Source: a virus
Taxonomy: Duplodnaviria; Caudoviricetes
Virus record (IMG/VR): IMGVR_UViG_3300044970_000300
Span: 1-59,938 of that record
Direction: 5' to 3' (one strand)
DNA: 59,938 nucleotides
How positions within the stretch are numbered: the first letter of the stretch is position 1; every line of letters begins with the position of its first letter. The translations under genes were made by a program, and so were the position numbers. The notes beneath the pieces are model-generated. The model was not told the DNA's origin and made no database searches. It saw nothing but the letters and a program-made list of their open reading frames with translations. Shown one piece after another: positions 47,320-54,841 of the stretch.

Positions 47320-47868
47320 TTAAAAAACATCGCGCAGACCATCACGTTCGATGACCTCGCGAAGTTTGGTTTCATAGTGTACATCCTCAGCGTATCGGCT
47401 CAGTAGCGCGAAGAATTCGTCCTCCGTGCGGCAGACGCTCGCATAGGTAGCACACCAATACGCGTAGTCGAGGACGCTGTCCTCCCACGTAGAGTAGTAG
47501 GCGTGACCTCTAGACGTTCCCGCCGCGAGGTTGACACGCACACGTGCTTGCTTCATACCGAACAGGTTGTTGTTCTCAGTGAAGATGGACGAACTATAGT
47601 TCGCGCTCTCCAATTTTGCCTGAGCCAACGCAATGTGCGGATACTTAATGTTCAACCGCTTGAATGTCTCAATCAGTCGTTGCTCCGTGAATGCGGCATC
47701 GGTCACGTTCACGTTGAGTATGCTCTCGTAGAGCCTCTCGTCTGCGTTTTGGACTCCGTAGAGACCGAACCCGACCAAGGTAGCCGCCGTAGCCATAGCC
47801 ACAGCGACACCCTTGGTGGATACTATCGGTTTGAACACTAGGTGTTCCCTGTCATACTTGTACAACAT
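47320..47868 (-). CDS. membrane-anchored GH73 glucosaminidase
   Basis: AQA.LES, NNLFGMK and YAED..Y motifs; N-terminal TM. Confidence 0.85.
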   Translation of the reverse strand: MLYKYDREHLVFKPIVSTKGVAVAMATAATLVGFGLYGVQNADERLYESILNVNVTDAAFTEQRLIETFKRLNIKYPHIALAQAKLESANYSSSIFTENNNLFGMKQARVRVNLAAGTSRGHAYYSTWEDSVLDYAYWCATYASVCRTEDEFFALLSRYAEDVHYETKLREVIERDGLRDVF

Positions 47869-47871
47869 AGC

Positions 47872-48654
47872 CTACCATATTCCGTCCTCGTCCAACGTGT
47901 CGCGTAGGTATTCGCTACGCAGTTCGTGCTTGCTTGCATTCCATTTGTACGACGGCTCGTCATCGAAGTCATCGAGGAAGTCCGTGTACTTAGGTGCCTT
48001 AGGGATAGCAACCTTGCGCTCGCTGTCCCAAATGGTAGGCTGAGTCACGGCGTTGGCGTATGAGCCTGTCTTGTACACCTTCTTGCTACCTGCCCATACG
48101 TAGTCGTTTACACGCTTGTACGAGTCGTTGCTGAACCAATTTCCGTCGACATCGTAGTGACCTAGTTGGTCGTTGAGGATACGTACCTCACCGCGCCAAT
48201 CAAGGAACGCTACTTTGTTGTGGGAACCGATGATTGTCAGAGCCATAGCACGGATGCCCGCGTGGTCGAGGAAGTCGACGTTGTCAGGGTAGAACTTGCC
48301 TAGCATCTGAGCGAACTCACGAGTGTCGCTGACCTTGTGGTCACCTAGACCCGAGATGACTCCGTTGTGAATCAGTGATACACGACCCTCGGTCACGCTG
48401 TGCGGATGGAGCATATCCTTGCCCTTGCCGTGCGTTGCGATGCGGAAGTGAATCAAGATGGGAGTGTCGGTGAGTTCACGTATGAACTCGTACTCCTCAA
48501 AGAAGTCATCGAAGTTGTAGCCCTCGTGGTAGGTCATCACCTTGCCGTTGTCGACGTAGGCGATGCCTGCTCCGTGGTTGTTATTATCCCAAGCATTCTT
48601 GAGTTGTTTCTTGGTGAGAAAAGAGTTCGGTTGATTTACGATTGCGATACACAT
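47872..48654 (-). CDS. class II (Ntn) glutamine amidotransferase
   Basis: N-terminal MC, N.HGAG, HFRIATHG, HP, HNGVI and SDT motifs. Confidence 0.88.
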   Translation of the reverse strand: MCIAIVNQPNSFLTKKQLKNAWDNNNHGAGIAYVDNGKVMTYHEGYNFDDFFEEYEFIRELTDTPILIHFRIATHGKGKDMLHPHSVTEGRVSLIHNGVISGLGDHKVSDTREFAQMLGKFYPDNVDFLDHAGIRAMALTIIGSHNKVAFLDWRGEVRILNDQLGHYDVDGNWFSNDSYKRVNDYVWAGSKKVYKTGSYANAVTQPTIWDSERKVAIPKAPKYTDFLDDFDDEPSYKWNASKHELRSEYLRDTLDEDGIW

Positions 48655-48666
48655 AATTGAAATGAA

Positions 48667-48852
48667 TTAGTCGTTATTATAGTTTACGATGTAGCCAAAG
48701 GCTGAGATGAGGAACAAGAGTCCCCCTCCTACTATTAGGATGCCTGTGGACTCAGATGCGTGACCCTGTGCGAGTCGAGCGGTTACTCCGATGATTAGCA
48801 TAATCAGTGCGAAGTACACACCCACACGAAAGAATTTTTTGTCGTCGTTCAT
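48667..48852 (-). CDS. small 2-TM membrane protein
   Basis: Two hydrophobic helices. Confidence 0.6.
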   Translation of the reverse strand: MNDDKKFFRVGVYFALIMLIIGVTARLAQGHASESTGILIVGGGLLFLISAFGYIVNYNND

Positions 48853-49049
48853 AGTTCTAGTGCTTGTAGTGAAACATTGCCTTTCTTATCAATCCAACCC
48901 GCCTCGATTAGTTTTCGAGCGGTGCGTCCGTATGAGCCCTGTAAGACCCAAGCCTGTCCTGTTGCGATTAGGTCGGCAAAGAGAAACACAACCTGTTGGT
49001 CGTCGAGTTCTCCGTTCTCGTACTGAATGATTAGGTCTATCTGACTCAT
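48849..49049 (-). CDS. hypothetical phage protein
   Basis: LI.TG.AW.LQG.YGRTA..LIEAG motif. Confidence 0.7.
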   Translation of the reverse strand: MSQIDLIIQYENGELDDQQVVFLFADLIATGQAWVLQGSYGRTARKLIEAGWIDKKGNVSLQALEL

Positions 49050-49219
49050 TTCACCTGTACGATTTCGTAGTTGGTCGCCTTGCTCGCGAACGCTAGCGCC
49101 TCGTCGAAGTCGAAGAACAGCGCAACCCTCACCGAGCGGTCACCTCCGTATGAGGCCGACACTTTGTACAAGGTGGTGGGGTATGGGGTATTTTCTGAAA
49201 AAAAGATTTCTCGTAGCAT
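49046..49219 (-). CDS. hypothetical protein (57 aa)
   Basis: Fills a gap; A-rich leader; ATGA coupling. Confidence 0.5.
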   Translation of the reverse strand: MLREIFFSENTPYPTTLYKVSASYGGDRSVRVALFFDFDEALAFASKATNYEIVQVK

Positions 49220-49236
49220 AATTAGTTTTTTTTAGT

Positions 49237-49629
49237 TTATTGAATGGTGAACCAATCCTCGTCCATATTGAACTCGTCGATTTGCGCTTGCGTTACGAAC
49301 GCCTCGCAGTACCACGAGCCTTCATCGTTGTCGAAGTTTTCGTCGGCCGTTACGATTGTATCTAGTAGCGTCTCCCACTCTCGAACGAAGTCGGCTACGT
49401 CTGAGTCGTTTCCATCGAAGTATGTCCACACACGAAGTAAGTCTTCCTGTTTCGTGTCTTCGGTTGAGGTCACCTCTACGTCTACACCTGTAGGGTCGCA
49501 GAGGTTTTTGATAGTTTTTCGGCTGTAAGCCTTTTCGTACGCAATTTCCTTGGCCTTATCGTAATCCTCTGCTTGGATAATAAAGTCTTCGGAGTTGGTG
49601 ATTGTAATGGTGAATTTGTAAGAGTTCAT
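49237..49629 (-). CDS. acidic hypothetical protein
   Basis: ORF starting just downstream of hammerhead 1. Confidence 0.6.
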   Translation of the reverse strand: MNSYKFTITITNSEDFIIQAEDYDKAKEIAYEKAYSRKTIKNLCDPTGVDVEVTSTEDTKQEDLLRVWTYFDGNDSDVADFVREWETLLDTIVTADENFDNDEGSWYCEAFVTQAQIDEFNMDEDWFTIQ

Positions 49630-49644
49630 CTTAAAGTTTTTTAT

Positions 49645-49694
49645 GGTTAAGACGCCTCACGGCGTTTCGTCTACTAAAGCCTCGTCAGTTAACC
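49645..49694 (-). ncRNA. type I hammerhead ribozyme 1
   Basis: GGUUAA CUGACGA GGCU-UUAGU-AGAC GAAA CGCC-GUGA-GGCG UC^UUAACC; one mismatch in stem II. Confidence 0.85.
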
Positions 49695-49889
49695 TTGCTC
49701 GTTTATGTACTGCGTCAGCACCTCGTCAGCCGCATTCAAATTTTCCTCGAGTTCGAGGGACTGCCGCTCGATTATGTCGAACGCAATCAGTTTGTAGCGC
49801 TCGTCTTCGTCGGTGGCTTCTATGAACCTAGACACACTACTCAGGTAGTTCTCATAGGCTCTCATCATTTGCTTTAGTTCGTGTTTCAT
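49689..49889 (-). CDS. hypothetical helical protein (66 aa)
   Basis: Start MKHELKQ; the stop codon lies in hammerhead stem I. Confidence 0.55.
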   Translation of the reverse strand: MKHELKQMMRAYENYLSSVSRFIEATDEDERYKLIAFDIIERQSLELEENLNAADEVLTQYINEQG

Positions 49890-49891
49890 TT

Positions 49892-49908
49892 CGTTTCGTG
49901 ATAGTGGA
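49892..49908 (-). repeat. 17-bp repeat copy B
   Basis: Identical to 47301-47317. Confidence 0.75.
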
Positions 49909-49971
49909 AAGAAAGGCCGCGCCGTACCGCGACCTGTCGTTTTAACCACACCCTTGTACGGAGGGGACATC

Positions 49972-51480
49972 TTACGCTTGGCCGATAGCCTTGCGGATAG
50001 TGTGTGAACCGAACTTCGACTCTACCGCACGGCTAGTGAAGTTCTGAACGCTAGCGTAGGCACGCTTCATTCGCTCCAAGGTGCGGTCGTAGTTGTCGCT
50101 GTTGGCTAGGAACTCGGTAGGTGACTGACCTTCCAAGCATCCACCGAATACGTAAACCAAGGCTTGCTTGCGTGCAAGTTTTTCGGCGCTGTATTGTGAG
50201 CGGAGTAACTTGTTCAGTTTTTTGTCGCTGAACATTGCATCTGCAACCTCGGTGAACTTAGTGTACGTTCCGTTGTCGATTTGCTTTACAATCCACTGCA
50301 CTAGTTTAGTGCGGAACTTGATTGACTCGAGCGTTGATACCGCGCTGAAGATGCGAAGTTCAACCGCGTCCTTCGGTAGTGTGCCGAAGTTGCAGTTGTA
50401 GATTGCCCTGCGGCTACCGCGCTTCATCTCGTCCTTGTTTTGGATGCCGCCGTAATCGGTGCTGAGGCGGCCTTCGTACAGGCTGAAAAGTAGCGGGATA
50501 AACGGAGCCAACTTGTCAATCAGGTCAACTGCGGTTACACCTCGACGGCTGATTGTGATGTGCCCACCACAGCGACGTGAGTAACCCGAATTCATAACCC
50601 AATCGAGTCGGTCGAACTCGTCGAACATCGTCTTCGTGTCGAGTAGGTTAAATACAGGAGACACAGCCTCGAAACCTGTGCGGCTGTCGAGCGATGAGTC
50701 ACGCTCAACAATCCATCCGTTGCCTAGGTTTGAACTAGCCCAAGCACAGCGGTTGCGTGCCTCGCGGTCTTCTTTCTCAACCTCGAAGCCTACGAACCAA
50801 TCAACACTTGCGTCGTTTAGGACGCTTTTGCTGCGTGACGTAAGGTGGTAACCTCCCAACGATGGTGCGTCTCCGTAACGACGGCCGACTTCGGCGTTCT
50901 CGAAGATTGCCGTGCGTCCCTCCCACTCACCAACAACCAAGTCGTTGTCGCTACGACGGATTTGGCTTAGGTACTCGTGGCGGTATTGGTCGTGCAGTCG
51001 AATCTCCTGAGAGGCGAAGTTTGCACCGAACAGCGGGTACTCGGATGTGCGGTAATCGGTGAACGCACACAGGTCGGTGGTGTATAATTGGCCGTCGATA
51101 ACAACGCAAACGAAGTTGGTTGGGTATTCGGTCATAGGCACAGCCTCGAACGTAGCGTCGCTGAGTTCAAGGTGCGGGAAGCCCTCGAGTCGGAGCGGGT
51201 TACGCTGTCCGCTAGTGTGGCGGTAGTAGATGTTTGCCTCAGTGCGGAGCGCACCGATGGTGATAAACATTGACTCGTGACAGCGCATATTGACATCAAT
51301 TCCGTACGCTGCTGCGTCGAGCGCCATAGGGAACAAGGTTTGCTTGGTGGTTCCGTCGCTAGCGATGTACCTGTAGCGGAAATAATCGTTGTTGACTCCG
51401 AAGTAGAAGTCGAACTGAGCGTTGTGGTATGCTCGGTGAAGTTCAATCTTGCGGCCTGATACGATGTTGGTGACTTTCAT
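49972..51480 (-). CDS. putative COOH-NH2 amidoligase (Amidoligase_2-like C-terminal domain)
   Basis: GFEVE, DSSL...GFE.VSP, CGGHI and VELR motifs. Confidence 0.75.
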   Translation of the reverse strand: MKVTNIVSGRKIELHRAYHNAQFDFYFGVNNDYFRYRYIASDGTTKQTLFPMALDAAAYGIDVNMRCHESMFITIGALRTEANIYYRHTSGQRNPLRLEGFPHLELSDATFEAVPMTEYPTNFVCVVIDGQLYTTDLCAFTDYRTSEYPLFGANFASQEIRLHDQYRHEYLSQIRRSDNDLVVGEWEGRTAIFENAEVGRRYGDAPSLGGYHLTSRSKSVLNDASVDWFVGFEVEKEDREARNRCAWASSNLGNGWIVERDSSLDSRTGFEAVSPVFNLLDTKTMFDEFDRLDWVMNSGYSRRCGGHITISRRGVTAVDLIDKLAPFIPLLFSLYEGRLSTDYGGIQNKDEMKRGSRRAIYNCNFGTLPKDAVELRIFSAVSTLESIKFRTKLVQWIVKQIDNGTYTKFTEVADAMFSDKKLNKLLRSQYSAEKLARKQALVYVFGGCLEGQSPTEFLANSDNYDRTLERMKRAYASVQNFTSRAVESKFGSHTIRKAIGQA

Positions 51481-51506
51481 AACTGAAAAGAATTAAGTTT
51501 TGTAAT

Positions 51507-51560
51507 GGTTAAGACGAGGACGAATCCTCGTTTCGGCTACTAAAGCCTCGTCAGTTAACC
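51507..51560 (-). ncRNA. type I hammerhead ribozyme 2
   Basis: GGUUAA CUGACGA GGCU-UUAGU-AGCC GAAA CGAGGA-UUCG-UCCUCG UC^UUAACC; all three stems perfect. Confidence 0.92.
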
Positions 51561-51565
51561 TTTAT

Positions 51566-51664
51566 TTATTCGAGGTTGCTTTCATACTTGTAGATGCGAT
51601 AGTAGACATACGCTACAACTGCGGCTCCTATAAGCATCTGAATGAGTTCGAAAAAACTTTCCAT
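51566..51664 (-). CDS. small single-TM peptide (32 aa)
   Basis: MESFFELIQMLIGAAVVAYVYYRIYKYESNLE; A-rich leader. Confidence 0.55.
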   Translation of the reverse strand: MESFFELIQMLIGAAVVAYVYYRIYKYESNLE

Positions 51665-51694
51665 AATTGTTGTGGTTTTAAGTGGTTGAATTTT

Positions 51695-52348
51695 GACTGC
51701 CGTAGGGACTCGAACCCTATGCCTTGCGGCACTCCAAGCGGCAGTTATTGCCTTGAACAGGCGAACCTTTTTGGCGGCGTTGTTGCTCGCAACATCTACC
51801 GCATACGCTGTTAGTTCCTCCACGACTGCTATCCTTTGGCGGCGCTTTTTACGCACCGCATACGCTGTCTTTCGCTGTCGTTTGTTCTCGGCTTGTTTTG
51901 ACTTGATTTGCTTGGGTGTTCTTGCGGTGTTCATTGGCCTCCCCCCAACCGCCTGAAACCTTTGCGCCACGGCGCTTCGTTTTCGTTTGTCTGAGGCTTG
52001 ATTTCTTACGGCCGCCATACTTGGCCTTGCTCGTCTCGTCTACCTGCCCTCGTTACTTTCGGTCGGATTGTGCTAGCCTACTTACGCTACTCACTTGGAT
52101 TACATCACCTACTCAATCAGACCTGACCTGCTACTCCGCTCCCTAACGCCCGACAGCCTGTAGGCCGTGGCCTACTGACTGAATCGTACAGGGTTCACAA
52201 GGTGGGTTTCCGATTTTTGGGAGGCGCTTTCGCTAACATCTCTCCGCCTATCGTCACTATGGGACTTTATTTAGAAACACCTCGTATTCGACCTAGCGGC
52301 CGCCGCGTTTTGTGTTTCAGAATTTTAAAGAGCGTTTGTCTTTCGACT
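51695..52348 (-). ncRNA. large structured early leader/ncRNA
   Basis: No credible ORF; many helices and GNRA loops; starts after a complete promoter. Confidence 0.5.
51696..51745 (-). ncRNA. mini tRNA-like structure
   Basis: 7-bp acceptor-like stem, canonical T arm TAGGG-TTCGAGT-CCCTA, GCAA hairpin in place of the anticodon arm. Confidence 0.65.
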
Positions 52349-52351
52349 CCA

Positions 52352-52382
52352 CAAACATACGACGACTTTGCACATCTGCAAA
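52352..52382 (-). promoter_or_regulatory. early promoter TTTGCA-N17-TATGTTTG
   Basis: Bacteroidota -33/-7 consensus at the head of the minus-strand early region. Confidence 0.75.
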
Positions 52383-52437
52383 CTCCGACCACAAAAAAAG
52401 TTAGGACTCCCGCTCGCCTATAAGGAATATATAGGGC

Positions 52438-52690
52438 TAACTGCTTGATAATCAGCACACAAAAAAAAGTTTACTAGGGGGTGAAATTTAGAATCGTTCT
52501 AAATAAAAGTGACTGAAAATCAACAACTTAGTAATCCATTGAAAATCAGATAGTTACTAACTGCCTAAAACTCAGCAAGTTACAACGTACTGAAACACAG
52601 CGAGTTAACGTAACTACCTGATAATCAGCGACATTTAAGAAATCATATGCACAGGATTACGACCCGAACCGCTTGACAACCAACGACTTA
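52438..52690. repeat. array of IHF-box-like degenerate repeats
   Basis: WATCARnnnnTTA-like units, four of them spaced 26, 26 and 25 bp apart. Confidence 0.6.
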
Positions 52691-53330
52691 ACTAGCCAAC
52701 GTATGTACAGAATACGGCGATAAGCATACTTTTTTCGTTTAATAAAACACCCGTACAGAATCCGTGCGTTTATACCACACAAACAAGCACACGACCTGTC
52801 TACTATAGTATACAAAAAAGAATATACAATTATGCGTGCCTAGCGTACTCAGTTCGGTGAAGTATTAACGTGGTAAATAGTGGGAGAAAATGGTAGGGGG
52901 ATTGATGCAGGTCTACGGCCAAGTCCCCCCACGAAAAAAAACATACGTTCGGTGACACGTTTTCCCTACTTTTTCTACAGCGAACAGGCCGAAACGATTA
53001 AGGTAGACGGGCTAATAGTGACACAAAGTAGGCACACCACTCACCCACCCACCCCAACAGCAAAACGCTAAAATGTTTGAACGTAACGTGTTGATAACGA
53101 GGGGGTTGGGTTCGGGATTCCGTTTCGGGGTCGGGGGCGCAGCGTCGTTCTTGTATAATTCTCCCCAGGGTATACATAACTCGTCCCCAAATCAAGACGA
53201 TGTTGACCTGATATGAAACAAAAACACCGTGAAGTCTACCTAGACGGTTAATACAAGCGGTTAAATAGTAGGGAAATCGGGGATACGCAACCGTTTGAGC
53301 CTAAGCACACGCATCCTGTATTCAAGTCTT

Positions 53331-53467
53331 TGTAGTAGCTGTCGCTCTATTCTTTGTCAGTTGCGGACGGGCGTTTGGGACTGTCCTCCACTGCCAATCG
53401 TTCCGTAGTTCCGTCTCTAGGACGATTACGTCCGCTATAGCACGTCGTCTTGTGCCTTGCACTACAG
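53331..53467 (-). ncRNA. candidate small structured RNA with its own promoter
   Basis: TAACTTTG at 53471-53478 followed by nested helices. Confidence 0.45.
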
Positions 53468-53580
53468 GAGCAAAGTTACAAAAAAAAAACGAGATAATCA
53501 ATAGTGTGTTATGCATAGTACCGCCCTTCGGATACGGAATGGTATATCATAGTATCTTTGTGACTATAACACAGATAGTT

Positions 53581-54042
53581 ATGCAACTGACAGAGAACTT
53601 TACGTTAAAGGAGCTCACGGATAGCCCAACGGCTGACAAGCTCGGTATTAAGAACGAACCAGACGAGAAGCAGCTAGCCGCGCTTAAGCTCCTCGCAGAG
53701 AAGGTGCTACAGCCCCTGCGTGAGGGTATCGGTAAGCCGATTAAGATTAACTCAGGACTCAGAGGCACAGCCCTGAATAAGGCCATCGGTGGGTCATCCA
53801 CGTCGCAGCACTGCAAGGGTGAGGCGGCCGACCTTAGCCTCAAGTCAGTGAAGAACGGGAACGCCTTGTTGTTCCACTACATCAGAGAGAACCTCGTGTT
53901 CGACCAGATGATTTGGGAGTTCGGTACCAAGGAGAATCCTGACTGGGTACACGTGAGCTACTCCGCCAAGGGTAACCGAAAGGAGATTCTAGAGGCGTAC
54001 AAGCATCACGGGAAGACGGCATATAGAGCCTGGAAGCCGTGA
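53581..54042 (+). CDS. peptidase M15 family endolysin
   Basis: INSG.R, SQH..GEAAD and WVHVS motifs; start MQLTENF after TATCTTTG at 53553-53560. Confidence 0.88.
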   Translation: MQLTENFTLKELTDSPTADKLGIKNEPDEKQLAALKLLAEKVLQPLREGIGKPIKINSGLRGTALNKAIGGSSTSQHCKGEAADLSLKSVKNGNALLFHYIRENLVFDQMIWEFGTKENPDWVHVSYSAKGNRKEILEAYKHHGKTAYRAWKP

Positions 54043-54164
54043 TAGCCGTAAAGAGACCAGTGGAGTCGTCGGGGAGTAAGCCTGAGCCAAAACCCGACAA
54101 CCGCTCGAAGCTGGTCAAGTTCGATATGTCTAAAGTGATAAAAAGAAAGAAGCGTGAAAGCTAA
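54039..54164 (+). CDS. small basic protein (41 aa)
   Basis: GTGA-coupled ORF filling a gap. Confidence 0.4.
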   Translation: MIAVKRPVESSGSKPEPKPDNRSKLVKFDMSKVIKRKKRES

Positions 54165-54327
54165 GAAGTTTGAAGAAGGCGGAAAGATGTACGCTGGACA
54201 GGAGATTGAGGTGAAGCACCCCGACCTTATGGCTGCTGTGAAGCAGATGCAGGCGGCTGTGAAGGCCGCAGGTATGGCGCCAATGCACTACAAGATTAAG
54301 GCCTGCTATGAAAGCGAGGAAGAGTAA
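54154..54327 (+). CDS. small protein (57 aa) beginning MKAKKFEEGG
   Basis: GTG start; phage-like codon usage. Confidence 0.6.
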   Translation: MKAKKFEEGGKMYAGQEIEVKHPDLMAAVKQMQAAVKAAGMAPMHYKIKACYESEEE

Positions 54328-54541
54328 GAGCGCAGAGTTCTACGCCAAAAACCCAGTCGCCAAGGAGAAGAAGAAGGCGTACGACACCGAATACCACTCC
54401 ACCGAGGAGCGGAGAAAGTATCGTGCGTTCCTGAACAAGAAGAATAGAGACGCTGGCACGTACGGAAACGGTGATGGTAAGGATTACGACCACGATGAGG
54501 CACGTATGATTATGGCCAGACGCAATAGAAGCAAGAAATGA
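54308..54541 (+). CDS. small basic protein, HNH-like C-terminus
   Basis: GDGKDYDH...NRS motif. Confidence 0.55.
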   Translation: MKARKSKSAEFYAKNPVAKEKKKAYDTEYHSTEERRKYRAFLNKKNRDAGTYGNGDGKDYDHDEARMIMARRNRSKK

Positions 54542-54717
54542 AGAACGAGGCATTCAACGACTGGGTATTCCACTTCAACCCCTACGAGGGAGAGTGGAAC
54601 GCCGTGGTACGTGAGCACTATAACGATTACTTCAACGGGCTGGAAATCCCACAGGGGAAGTTTCTCAAGTCGAAGGACATCAAGATTATCACCCACTACA
54701 TCAACTGGAATGGCTAA
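54538..54717 (+). CDS. hypothetical protein (59 aa)
   Basis: DWVFHFNPY..EW.A..R..Y..YFN; ATGA coupling. Confidence 0.6.
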   Translation: MKNEAFNDWVFHFNPYEGEWNAVVREHYNDYFNGLEIPQGKFLKSKDIKIITHYINWNG

Positions 54718-54841
54718 GTCAGCGAAGAAGCGTGGCGAGAACACGCGCGGTATCAAGAGAGTGAGCCCTGATAGGGCATTGACTGGGACACTAAATTTGC
54801 AGATAATCAACCGATTGACCGTTGGAAGCAAAGAAGAGTAA
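54710..54841 (+). CDS. small basic protein (43 aa)
   Basis: Start re-assigned to MAKSAKKRG. Confidence 0.45.
   Translation: MAKSAKKRGENTRGIKRVSPDRALTGTLNLQIINRLTVGSKEE

Noticed and set aside
51836-51868. Group II intron domain V (AGCGTATGCGGTG resemblance)
   Set aside because: The complementary 3' arm with the AC bulge, domain VI and any RT ORF are missing
51566-52018. 150-aa ORF from the track
   Set aside because: Only the last 32 codons have a proper leader and protein-like character; the rest overlaps RNA structures
52438-52690. CRISPR mini-array
   Set aside because: The units are short and degenerate, lack unique spacers of about 30 nt, and no cas genes are present
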